A stretch of 64,000 nucleotides of DNA from Woeseia sp. (GTDB lineage: Bacteria > Pseudomonadota > Gammaproteobacteria > Steroidobacterales > Woeseiaceae), in contig JAJFKW010000001.1 of the NCBI GenBank assembly GCA_021773015.1, positions 1,283,305 through 1,347,304 on the forward strand, in the 5' to 3' direction. The notes below the pieces were generated by a model. The model saw only the letters and a program-made list of their open reading frames with translations, did not search any database and was not told the origin of the DNA. Shown here in pieces: positions 10,494 to 20,153 of this stretch (the first letter of the stretch is position 1; every line of letters begins with the position of its first letter). A program made the position numbers and the translations under genes.

Positions 10494-10835
10494 TTGATGA
10501 ATGCCGAGAGGCGCGACGGTCAGATATCAACTGCCGCCCGGATTGAACCTCAGGAGCAAGACGTCTGTGCGGATCACGATTTGTTCGAACCGGTTTTGTT
10601 GAACGTACTACGCAACGCTTGGTACTCGACGCACGATATCGAACATCTTAGTGTGCAACGACATGGGCGTTTGAACCGCCGCAGGAGTGTGGTAGTAGAG
10701 GTCTGAAATAATGGACCTGGCGTATCGGACGAAATCTCTCGAAAGACGTTTATGCCGTTCTTTACAACGTGAAAAGTTGGCTCGGGCGTTAGCTTTGCCC
10801 CAGCTCGGCGGTAATGACAGCACATGGCGGCTTTA
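10494..10835 (+). pseudogene. remnant of a histidine-kinase ATP-binding (HATPase_c) domain interrupted by in-frame stops
   Basis: The frame-0 translation reads ...LLNVLRNAWYSTHD...SVVVEV*NNGPGVSDEISRKTFMPFFTT*KVGSGVSFAP. This matches the N-box, G1 (DNGPG), F-box (FEPFFTTK) and G2 boxes. TGA stops at 10704 and 10770; TAA at 10812. No upstream HisKA/sensor ORF is present. Confidence 0.5.
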
Positions 10836-11095
10836 TTCAAGCTAGCGGAAGTGCCGGTGGCGTTGTAAAGTTCTCGTTGACGTCTTGACGCTCCAGTCCG
10901 TGATATACATAGCACATCGCTTTGCCTAGCTTTCAGTCTCCGCCGATATTTGGCGCATCGCCTTGAGTTCCCTGGAACGCCCGTTTTAATAGTCGGCGAA
11001 TACTGCGGTCAACCTTTTATGTTGCGTGCTTACTGCTGTACGCTAATGGAAAATTACTCGATAAATCACGCTTCGATCAACGATGGGATCAAAAG

Positions 11096-12370
11096 ATGAA
11101 AATTGAAACACTTGCGGTACATGCTGGATACGAACCTGACCCGACGACAAAGGCAGTTGCCGTCCCCATCTACCAAACTACAGCATATGCATTCGACAAT
11201 ACGCAACATGGCGCAGATTTATTCGATCTAAAAGTCGAGGGCAATATTTATTCACGCATCATGAACCCAACGACGGCCGTGCTCGAGGAGCGCGTCGCCG
11301 CAATGGAGGGTGGACTTGCGGGGCTTGGATTAGCATCCGGACAGGCTGCGACTACCTATTCTCTGCTCACCATCGCAGAAGCCGGTGACAATTTTGTTAC
11401 GACATCAACGCTCTACGGCGGGACCTACAACCTCTTTGCACATACTTTTCCGCAAATCGGCATCGAAGCACGCTTTGCAGCACCGGATGACATCGACGGT
11501 ATGGCTGGATTAATCGACGATAAAACGAAGGCAATTTATTGTGAATCTCTCGGAAATCCGGCCGGCAACGTCGTGGATCTCGAGGCGCTTGCCGAAATGG
11601 CACATGCGCACGGGGTGCCGGTTATTGTCGACAATACGGTGCCAAGCCCATACCTCAACAATCCTTTTAAGTGGGGCTGCGACATCGTCGTACACTCGTT
11701 GACCAAGTATATGGGAGGCCACGGCACCATTATTGGTGGAGCAATTGTTGATTCTGGAAAATTCGACTGGGTCGCAAACAAAGAGCGTTTTCGCCGCCTC
11801 AACGAGCCGGATGTTTCGTACCACGGTGTGGTCTATACCGAAGCACTAGGTGAAGCCGCATATATTGGTCGGGCACGCGTCGTCCCATTACGAAACATGG
11901 GCGCTGCAATCTCACCGATGACCAGCTTCATGGCATTGCAAGGTATTGAAACTTTACCACTTCGTATGGATAGAATGTGTCAGAACGCGCTCATGGTCGC
12001 AGAACATCTGCAGCAGCATACACAAGTCGACTGGGTCCGATACGCAGCGCTCGACGATAGTCCTTATAAGACGCTAGCTGACAAATACATGGGTGGGCGG
12101 GCGTCAGCAATTTTGAGTTTCGGCATCAAAGGTGGCGTTGCAGCCGGCACAAAATTCATAGATGCACTGAAACTGGTGACACGCTTGGTCAATATTGGCG
12201 ACGCAAAATCCTTGGCTTGCCACCCGGCGTCGACAACACATCGCCAATTATCTGCAGAGGAATTAGCTGCATCCGGAGTCAGCGATGATCTGGTCCGGCT
12301 GTCTATTGGCATCGAACATATCGACGATATCCTGGAGGATGTCAATCAGGCGCTCGCTGCCGCCGAATAA
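11096..12370 (+). CDS. metY: O-acetylhomoserine sulfhydrylase (PLP-dependent)
   Basis: 424 aa of the Cys/Met-metabolism PLP family. The N-terminus ETLAVHAGYEPDPTTKAVAVPIYQTTAYAF is typical of MetY. Confidence 0.85.
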   Translation: MKIETLAVHAGYEPDPTTKAVAVPIYQTTAYAFDNTQHGADLFDLKVEGNIYSRIMNPTTAVLEERVAAMEGGLAGLGLASGQAATTYSLLTIAEAGDNFVTTSTLYGGTYNLFAHTFPQIGIEARFAAPDDIDGMAGLIDDKTKAIYCESLGNPAGNVVDLEALAEMAHAHGVPVIVDNTVPSPYLNNPFKWGCDIVVHSLTKYMGGHGTIIGGAIVDSGKFDWVANKERFRRLNEPDVSYHGVVYTEALGEAAYIGRARVVPLRNMGAAISPMTSFMALQGIETLPLRMDRMCQNALMVAEHLQQHTQVDWVRYAALDDSPYKTLADKYMGGRASAILSFGIKGGVAAGTKFIDALKLVTRLVNIGDAKSLACHPASTTHRQLSAEELAASGVSDDLVRLSIGIEHIDDILEDVNQALAAAE

Positions 12371-12754
12371 TAGCCATCTGTTGGTCATAAGAGTGCGGTG
12401 TCCACTTAAGTGGAATCAACCGCTATTGCGCGGCACCGATTCGCCAATAGTCACTCGGATTTCGGCCTAAACGTATATCAAGTCGTCGATTCGCACATAT
12501 TGACGCTGTTGTTTTTTGCGCTCTTTGTTTCGAATTGCAGGTGCAAATTTTTGACCAATTATCGGCGCTCACGTGGAATCGGCGAACTCATGTTAAACCT
12601 CGCTTTTGACTGATACGATTGTCTTACTCTTTGATCACTAAATACACGATGACAATGATTGAAAAATGCTCTAATGTTTTTTGTACCTGCCGACAAGAAT
12701 CGTATGTCGATTATTTAGTCGAAACTTGGCGATCTCGGTAGCGCGTTTCCGCGG

Positions 12755-14614
12755 ATGAAACTACAACAGAAGATTTCACTCTCATTTTTATTGATAGTGT
12801 CGATGTTCGGCATCGGCAACTATCTCGTCGTGACGAGCACCTTAGTGCCAACTTTCGATGAACTGGAAAGCAGAGCTGCAAGAAATGATGTTGTACGCGC
12901 GCTAAACGGACTCGCATCCTTGCAAATGGTCCTTGGCAATCTCGCTGCTGATTGGGCTCATTGGGACGATGCTTATGAATTTGCGTTAGGCAACAACGCG
13001 AGATTTGTGGAGACTAATCTTGCGCCGGATACACTCACTAATCTAAATCTAAGCATGATGATGCTCTACGATCGCTCCGGCGAGTTATTGTGGGGCGTTT
13101 GCGTGGACAACGAGACTGGCGAAAGCTCCTCGGTAGTTGACGGACTCTTATCGGCGAATACTATTTCGCTTTTGCAACGGCACGATTCCGCACAATCGAA
13201 AGTCGATGGAATCGCGGAAAGTTCTGCTGGCCCAGTGATGCTGTCTTCCAGACCCATAGTCCATTCAGATCAGACAGGGCCTATCGAAGGGTCGCTAATT
13301 ATCGGTCACGTCCTGAATTCGAATCGGGTAAAGGAACTGATGGATCTGACGGCGGTAGATATTTCGCTGTCGCCAACAGTCGATGCTAGCATTCAAGACA
13401 AATCGTCAGACTTTGTTTGGAATATTCCAGGTGACCTATCGCAAGAAATCACATCGGATGCTCGCATATCTCACATCAGTCTAAATGACGTTCACCAATC
13501 TCCGTTGATGACATTGTCAGTCACATCGCCACGTGATATTGCAAATCTCGGTCAAAATACGCTGAGTGCAATACTTTACTCCGTTGCCGGCGTCGGAATA
13601 ATAATGATAATGGGAATCTGGATATTGATTAGTTATCTCGTCATCAGGCCAATCGACATTCTCGAAAAAGGAATGTCGAAAATCCACGAGCACGGCAGTC
13701 TGTCAAAACGTGTTGATATGCACAGGTCTGACGAGATCGGCAAATTGGCGCAAACATTCAACAGTATGATTTTTCAGCTTGATGAGCTAAAACAGCGACT
13801 CATTGAACAGTCGTTTAAGGCCGGGGTAGCAGAGGTCGCGACTGGTGTTTTGCATAACGTACGAAACTCCCTGATGCCGATTGTGAATAGTATCGCCTAT
13901 GCGCGCGACCACATGTCGAGGCCCACGAATCAATGTATTGGACGGGCAATCGAGGAGTTAAATTCAAGCAACTTAACGTGTGATCGAAAAGAAAAACTCT
14001 TGGCGTATCTCAGCCACTCGCACTTGGAAACAGTTGGCGAAAAACGATTGGGCGAGCAAGGACTCGATAACGCGCTGCAGCAGTTAGACCAAGTCATGAG
14101 CGTTGTTCGTGAGCAAGAACAATTTTCACATGCAGAACCGGTTTTAGAGTCTGTAAATCTAGGCGAGGTTTTTCAGTCCGCAGCTCACGTAATTTCTCGG
14201 CACGACAAACATCGAAATCTAGTGCACGTTGAGAACAGCGTTGCGGACTACAATGTTCAAGCGCACCGAACCCTGCTGATACAAGTCTTTAGTAACGTCC
14301 TTCTTAACGCCTACGAGTCCATCATCCGCGGAAATATGGAGCAAGGCCGAATTGACGTGCGCGCCTGCTACGCAGCTCGTAACGACGAAACGGTCGTGCA
14401 GATCATTGTTAGCGACACCGGAATTGGCATTCGTCGACAAGACTGTCAGGCCGTATTTGACCGTGGGTTTACTAGCAAGAGGGAGGGAAAAGGCGGACTA
14501 GGCCTACATTGGTCTGCAAATGCTCTCGCCGGAATGCACGCATCCATTGCAGTTGATAGCGAAGGGCTCGGACGCGGCGCACAAGTTTCTATATATTTAG
14601 TTCCAACCAAATAG
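12755..14614 (+). CDS. sensor histidine kinase with N-terminal periplasmic sensor (CHASE4-like), TM segment, HAMP, HisKA and HATPase_c
   Basis: 619 aa. Contains HAMP (IGKLAQTFNSMIFQL), an H-box (GVLHNVRNSL) and G-boxes (DTGIGI...GKGGLGL). Confidence 0.8.
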   Translation: MKLQQKISLSFLLIVSMFGIGNYLVVTSTLVPTFDELESRAARNDVVRALNGLASLQMVLGNLAADWAHWDDAYEFALGNNARFVETNLAPDTLTNLNLSMMMLYDRSGELLWGVCVDNETGESSSVVDGLLSANTISLLQRHDSAQSKVDGIAESSAGPVMLSSRPIVHSDQTGPIEGSLIIGHVLNSNRVKELMDLTAVDISLSPTVDASIQDKSSDFVWNIPGDLSQEITSDARISHISLNDVHQSPLMTLSVTSPRDIANLGQNTLSAILYSVAGVGIIMIMGIWILISYLVIRPIDILEKGMSKIHEHGSLSKRVDMHRSDEIGKLAQTFNSMIFQLDELKQRLIEQSFKAGVAEVATGVLHNVRNSLMPIVNSIAYARDHMSRPTNQCIGRAIEELNSSNLTCDRKEKLLAYLSHSHLETVGEKRLGEQGLDNALQQLDQVMSVVREQEQFSHAEPVLESVNLGEVFQSAAHVISRHDKHRNLVHVENSVADYNVQAHRTLLIQVFSNVLLNAYESIIRGNMEQGRIDVRACYAARNDETVVQIIVSDTGIGIRRQDCQAVFDRGFTSKREGKGGLGLHWSANALAGMHASIAVDSEGLGRGAQVSIYLVPTK

Positions 14615-14624
14615 AGGTGTCGCG

Positions 14625-15113
14625 TTGACCAAAAGCCGCAAACCCTTAAAGGTGCTTTTAGCGGATGATGAGCGCGCCGTTGCAAATCTCTACAGCAACG
14701 GATTGATTCGGTATCTCAGCGACGAACCAACTTCGCCGGCGGCGCAATTGGAATGTGAACTATTCGCCAGTCCGAAGAATCAACAGGAATCCGCGACTGC
14801 CGTCGTCGTAGTTTGCCGCCAGGGGCAAGACGCAGTGGAACTTGCCAAAGAAGCTTTTCGAATACGCGAGCCTTTCGATGTCATCGTACTGGACATTCGC
14901 ATGCCCCCAGGGATCGACGGCGTCGAGGCGGCAAGATTAATTCGCTCAATCGACGGTCATGTTCCCATTATCTTCCTGTCCGCGTACTCAGACCTAACCA
15001 GCCGGGACATTGAGCGACGAGTACCCCCAGCTGAGCTCACCACATTTTTGTCCAAGCCGATCCGTATGTCGGAACTTGCAGCCAAAATCCGAGGCGTCTT
15101 CGAATCCCGGTGA
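14625..15113 (+). CDS. stand-alone response-regulator receiver (CheY-like, with a ~50-aa insertion after beta1)
   Basis: 162 aa with LLADDE...DVIVLDIRMP...FLSAY...KP. TTG start with a GAGG RBS; an alternative GTG is at 14652. Confidence 0.65.
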   Translation: MTKSRKPLKVLLADDERAVANLYSNGLIRYLSDEPTSPAAQLECELFASPKNQQESATAVVVVCRQGQDAVELAKEAFRIREPFDVIVLDIRMPPGIDGVEAARLIRSIDGHVPIIFLSAYSDLTSRDIERRVPPAELTTFLSKPIRMSELAAKIRGVFESR

Positions 15114-15582
15114 AATAGCCGTGTAACGAGATGCGTCGACGTCAATATGCTTTTATTACGATTGAGCCAACTGGCCCTGCCCCAAGCAACCGGACTCGTC
15201 TACCGCCACGACTGTGGGGTAAACAAAGTGAATAACGAGCGCACAAGGCCGCAGGTCCTGCGCCCATGGCAACACTACTCGCTCTGCCAGTGTCACATGT
15301 TGAACCCACGGATCGACGAATATGCATTTTTTGTATACTTTTCAAATAGATATATGTATTCGCCTTATCCGATCGAAGCTAGAACGCCAAAATGCATGCA
15401 ATCACCTTTGTTTCACTGCTAGACTGCAAAAGTCGCAAAAATCGCAAAAATCGAATATATATGAAAAATCGCCAATACGTCCAATATGCTCGTAGTACGC
15501 AAAAACAGATAAAGGACCGAATCCTGCGATTGATTGATCAGCGAATGCCGCAACGCGTGCAAACAGCGCGGCGAGTCGTCAG

Positions 15583-17010
15583 ATGACTGAGCACAAATCG
15601 GTAATCTGCGTGTTGTCTGCGAATGAAACTTCGGTCGATCATATTTGCAGCCTGTTGACGTCAATTGGCAATTACGAATGTGTCGTCGCAACGACCGTTG
15701 ACCAGATTAAGCGGTATAAGCAGCAACATCAGCTGGTCTTTGCCTTAGTGGATCGGTCTCTGGATGAACCACGTCTTCGTGCGCTGTCAAGGCTACGAGA
15801 AAGGCACGAGCTTGTGACATTTGGCGCGCCGGCGTCACAATCCAAACCGTTGACGCTGGTGGAATCGCTAGCGCGATTTCAACTTAGCCATCCGCTCGAA
15901 CGAGCTGACTTAGAGCGCGCAATAAAACACCTGAACAACCGAACTACAGCAGCGTCTCGAAATGCGGCGACACAGTCCGCACGACTCTACCGTGGCTTAG
16001 TCGGCGAAAGTGAAGCGGTCACCGCGCTACGCATATTGGTAAGGAAAATCGCTGCATGCAAGTCCACGGTGTTAATTGGGGGTGAGACCGGGACGGGCAA
16101 AGAAATAGTTGCGAGGAACATTCACTATTACTCGCAGCAATACGCGGGCCCTTTCGTGCCGGTCAATTGTTCTGCGATACCCCCTGACCTCCTCGAAAGC
16201 GAATTGTTTGGACACAAGAAAGGAGCATTTACCGGGGCGTTATCTGATCGAGAGGGTCGATTTGTCATAGCATCGGGCGGCACGCTGTTTCTTGATGAAA
16301 TTGGCGATATGACGCCCGAATTGCAGGCGAAATTACTCCGAGTACTCGAAGATCGAATTGTGTACCGAGTTGGCTGCAACAAGCCTATCGCAATTACTGC
16401 GCGCCTGGTTGCCGCGACACATCGGGATCTCGAACAGGGAATCAAGGATGGATCGTTCAGGGAAGATCTGTACTACCGTCTCAATGTATTGCCGGTCAGC
16501 GTTCCGCCGCTGCGCGAGAGAAAAGAGGATATCGAACAGTTGGTCAGCGAATTGAGCGGGCGCTTAGAGCGTGAACAAGGGATGTCGGTACAAATAACGC
16601 CGGAGGCACTATCCATCCTCCATCAGCACGCGTGGCCAGGAAATGTTCGAGAGCTTGCCAATTTGGTTGAGCGGCTCGCTGCAACCTGCGCTAGCGGCAC
16701 GGCGGACGTATCCGATATGCCCGCACGCTATCGAAAATGCCTTGATGCTCAAGGAGAAATTCAAGAGTATGATCCGGACGTTCTCAGTCACACGCTGACG
16801 GCACAGATACTTCCGAAACACGGCATCGACCTTAGGCGCGTACTAAAGTCCACCGAAGCGACGCTTATCAGGCAGGCACTTGATCACACGGGCGGCACTG
16901 TAACTCAGGCTGCCGAGTTGCTCGGCGTTCGACGCACAACTTTAGTAGAAAAAGTAAAAAGACTAGGCTTAGAGGCTTCGGTCGGGCCAATGGTAGAACA
17001 GCGTCAATGA
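15583..17010 (+). CDS. sigma-54-dependent transcriptional activator (bEBP) with a degenerate N-terminal receiver-like domain and C-terminal Fis-type HTH
   Basis: 475 aa. AAA+ sigma-54 interaction domain (GETGTGKE Walker A, GAFTGA motif, DEIGDM Walker B). The N-terminus lacks the acidic DD pocket (VLSANE). Confidence 0.85.
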   Translation: MTEHKSVICVLSANETSVDHICSLLTSIGNYECVVATTVDQIKRYKQQHQLVFALVDRSLDEPRLRALSRLRERHELVTFGAPASQSKPLTLVESLARFQLSHPLERADLERAIKHLNNRTTAASRNAATQSARLYRGLVGESEAVTALRILVRKIAACKSTVLIGGETGTGKEIVARNIHYYSQQYAGPFVPVNCSAIPPDLLESELFGHKKGAFTGALSDREGRFVIASGGTLFLDEIGDMTPELQAKLLRVLEDRIVYRVGCNKPIAITARLVAATHRDLEQGIKDGSFREDLYYRLNVLPVSVPPLRERKEDIEQLVSELSGRLEREQGMSVQITPEALSILHQHAWPGNVRELANLVERLAATCASGTADVSDMPARYRKCLDAQGEIQEYDPDVLSHTLTAQILPKHGIDLRRVLKSTEATLIRQALDHTGGTVTQAAELLGVRRTTLVEKVKRLGLEASVGPMVEQRQ

Positions 17011-17627
17011 GTAAACAGGCTGATATGCAGAAAACATACTTGGCCCCCGGAGATGTCGCCAAGATGCTCATGGTTTCTCCGGCGACAATTCGCCACTGGG
17101 CCAGCAAGGGCGAATTAGCGGCAGTTTCCACTCCGGGTGGGCACCGACGCTTCCTGCGCCACGATATAGAGCGTTTTGCCCGGGACAATGATCTAACAAT
17201 GCTTTTGCCTGGCAGCGGCGTATTGCGAATATTAATCGTCGACGACGATACCCACGTAGCAAATTATCTGTCGGAATTTTTTCGCCGGCTTGACGCAAAT
17301 ACAGAGAGCATGGAAGCACATGACGGATATAACGCGGGGCGACTTGTGCAAGCGTTTCGACCGCACGTTGTGCTACTCGATCTGATGATGCCAGAACTTG
17401 ATGGCTTTCAAGTTTGCCGCCAAATCAAGAAAGACCCAACGTCACGGGCGACTCGAGTTATCGCGATGACCGGGTTTTTTGACGAAGAAAATGTTGCACG
17501 TTCACTCTCAGCTGGTGCGGAGTACTGCATCGAAAAACCGTTTAACATGGAAAAACTGCTCACAATTCTCGGGATAAGAAACGCAGATACGTTTGATGCC
17601 AATGCAACAACAAATATCTCCAAATAA
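17007..17627 (+). CDS. response regulator with N-terminal MerR/excisionase-type HTH (HTH_17-like) fused to a C-terminal receiver domain
   Basis: 206 aa. APGDVAKMLMVSPATIRHWASKGEL...GGHRRF, then LIVDDD...LLDLMMPELDG...AMTG...KP. The ATG overlaps the upstream stop as ATGA. Confidence 0.75.
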   Translation: MSKQADMQKTYLAPGDVAKMLMVSPATIRHWASKGELAAVSTPGGHRRFLRHDIERFARDNDLTMLLPGSGVLRILIVDDDTHVANYLSEFFRRLDANTESMEAHDGYNAGRLVQAFRPHVVLLDLMMPELDGFQVCRQIKKDPTSRATRVIAMTGFFDEENVARSLSAGAEYCIEKPFNMEKLLTILGIRNADTFDANATTNISK

Positions 17628-17654
17628 ACTAGAAATATAATCTTGGCAAAATAA

Positions 17655-20090
17655 ATGTCTTACGCTAATCCATATTTTACAGCAGCTAAATTGAGTTATG
17701 AATCTTTTTCGTCGACCGACGATGCGATTCAAGAAACTCGCGCTCTATATCAACTGGCCGGAAAAATCGCGAACATAGGTTTCTGGGAGTGGGATGAAGT
17801 CTCTGATAAGTGTATATACTGTTCTGAAGAACTTGCAGATATTCATGGCGTGAACGTCGAGGAATTCCTTCTGCTTTCGACTTCAAATGCCGCTGACAGA
17901 CGATGGATACATCAAGAGGATCGAACGAAATATGAATCCGTAGCACGCCAATTCCACCGCGACCATATCGGCTTTCAAATTGAATACCGTTTGATTCGCG
18001 CCGATGGGACGATTGCCGAGGTAAGCGAAGTCGTTGCGCCGATAGTCGATAATGGTGGTCAGTTACAGAGGTCAATTGGATTTGTAAAGGACATTACTTC
18101 GAGAAAAAATGCTGAATTAGCATTGCAAAAGATTACGGACCTGTTTTCACAAACGGAGGCACTCGCGAACATAGGACACTGGGAATGGGACGAAGTATCC
18201 GACACCTGTATCTACTGTTCAGAAGAACTAGCCCGCCTACACGGCGTGACGGTAGATGACTTTGTCGCATTCACCAACTCGAGCTCGACAGATCTCGAAT
18301 GGATATACCCAGATGATCGGGCCGACTACTTAGCCGCATCGAATAAATATCTAGCGGAACCAAAAAGATGCGAAATAGAGTATCGACTGCAACCAATGAA
18401 TGGCAATCCACTGCACGTTCGCGAAGTATGCGCGCCCGTATTCGATAAGACGAACAAGCTCATTAACTCAATAGGATACGTGCAAGATGTATCCAGTGAA
18501 AGGCGGACTACCGATAGACTTCGACAAGCGCGAGATGAATTGGAAAGCAGAGTTCGGGAGCGAACATCCGCGTTGAGCAAAGCTAACGAGGATCTGATGG
18601 CGAACGAACAGCGCCTGCGGGACGCGACGCGTATCGCGAAACTCGGTTGGTTCAAATGGGACGCCACAGCTAATCGGGGAGTTTACTGCGATGGAGAACT
18701 TGCAAACATATTGGGTGTGCCTGTCGCTGAGTGTATGAATGAGACGATGGATCAGTACATTGCTCGGATTCACGTCGATGATAGAGATCGAGTTAAGCAA
18801 GACTATGCCGATGCCATCGCCATTTTTGGACCGGTAGACATTGAATATCGGCTGATAACCCCGGCAGGTATTGTGCGGCACGTACACGAAATCTCACACC
18901 CAGAAATTGACACGGACGGCATCAGACTACATACGTTTGGAACGCTGCAAGACATAACGGATCGCACCACTATATCGGAGGAACTAGCGGACGTTGAGCA
19001 GAGGCTGCACGAGCTAAGTGCGAATTCGCGCGAAGTATTTTCGATACTCTCTGCCAATTGGCGACAGGTTTTGTACGTTAACCCGGCATTCGAAAATATC
19101 TCCGGTTACGGCTGCAAAGAATTGCTAGCTGATGCCGATATTTGGAAGAATATGTTGCACCCCGATGATCGTGACACGATCATCTCTGAAATGCACGACA
19201 AGATTAGTGACCGAAATCTCGACCCAAGTTTTACAGACTATCGAATCGTCCGCAAAGACAACACTATTCGATGGATTTCTGCTCGTGTGTATCCTATACG
19301 GGACACGACCGGAAAAATTCTTCGATTCGCAGGCGTAGCAGAAGACATTACAGAAAGAAGAGCTGCCGTCGATGCCTTACACCAGGCTCAAAAATCGGAT
19401 GCAATTGGTCAGCTAACCAGCGGAATTGCACACGATTTCAACAATCTGTTAGCCGTAGTTATCGGCAATGCTGGACTACTACAAGGCCGCCTGAATATCG
19501 AGGACGATAAGCTTGTCAACGAGGTTATCGAAGCGGGACATCGCGGCGCTGAATTGACCAAAAGACTCTTGGCTTACTCTCGCCAGCAACCGTTAAAGCC
19601 GGTTAGATCAGAAATCAATAAATTGGTTAGTGGTATGGGTGAACTCTTACGTCGTACATTGGGCAACGGCATCGTTGTTGAGCTGGACTTAATCAAAGAT
19701 GTCGTATACGCAATGGTTGATCCAAGTCTGCTGGAGAGCGCAATTTTGAATTTGGCGTTGAACGCAAGGGACGCAATGCCGAATGGTGGCAAACTTACGA
19801 TTGGCACTTCGCGATGCACGAAACGCCACGAATCGCAACTCGCAACGAACAATCAGAGCGCATCGTCGTACATGTCAATCGTAGTTCGCGACAATGGAGT
19901 CGGAATGTCAAGCGAAGAATCGTCACGTGCTGTGGAGCCGTTTTACACTTCCAAAAATACTGGCGATGGCAATGGCCTTGGCCTCCCGATGGTCTATGGT
20001 TTTGCAAAACAGTCTGATGGAGATCTCTTGATTGATAGCCATCCGGGGACGGGTACTTCTGTCACAATATACTTACCCTGTAGTATTTAG
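17655..20090 (+). CDS. multi-PAS (about 4 PAS/PAC) sensor histidine kinase
   Basis: 811 aa. Repeated GFWEWD / GHWEWD / GWFKWD PAS cores. HisKA (IAHDFNNLL) and HATPase_c (GNGLGLPM...GTGTSV). Confidence 0.85.
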   Translation: MSYANPYFTAAKLSYESFSSTDDAIQETRALYQLAGKIANIGFWEWDEVSDKCIYCSEELADIHGVNVEEFLLLSTSNAADRRWIHQEDRTKYESVARQFHRDHIGFQIEYRLIRADGTIAEVSEVVAPIVDNGGQLQRSIGFVKDITSRKNAELALQKITDLFSQTEALANIGHWEWDEVSDTCIYCSEELARLHGVTVDDFVAFTNSSSTDLEWIYPDDRADYLAASNKYLAEPKRCEIEYRLQPMNGNPLHVREVCAPVFDKTNKLINSIGYVQDVSSERRTTDRLRQARDELESRVRERTSALSKANEDLMANEQRLRDATRIAKLGWFKWDATANRGVYCDGELANILGVPVAECMNETMDQYIARIHVDDRDRVKQDYADAIAIFGPVDIEYRLITPAGIVRHVHEISHPEIDTDGIRLHTFGTLQDITDRTTISEELADVEQRLHELSANSREVFSILSANWRQVLYVNPAFENISGYGCKELLADADIWKNMLHPDDRDTIISEMHDKISDRNLDPSFTDYRIVRKDNTIRWISARVYPIRDTTGKILRFAGVAEDITERRAAVDALHQAQKSDAIGQLTSGIAHDFNNLLAVVIGNAGLLQGRLNIEDDKLVNEVIEAGHRGAELTKRLLAYSRQQPLKPVRSEINKLVSGMGELLRRTLGNGIVVELDLIKDVVYAMVDPSLLESAILNLALNARDAMPNGGKLTIGTSRCTKRHESQLATNNQSASSYMSIVVRDNGVGMSSEESSRAVEPFYTSKNTGDGNGLGLPMVYGFAKQSDGDLLIDSHPGTGTSVTIYLPCSI

Positions 20091-20153
20091 GCTATCGGGC
20101 TTTGTGAATTCCACAGTCTGGACATTGAACAAAAAGGACATCTGGGAGTAAGA

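Noticed and set aside
12380-12440. 12-bp perfect palindrome CCACTTAAGTGG after metY
   Set aside because: It has no loop, is too short, and no T-run follows, so it is not called as a terminator. It is probably a chance palindrome or a restriction-type site.
12931-12948. TGGCAAtctcgCTGC, a sigma-54-like GG-N10-GC match
   Set aside because: It lies inside the coding region of the sensor kinase gene and is most likely fortuitous.
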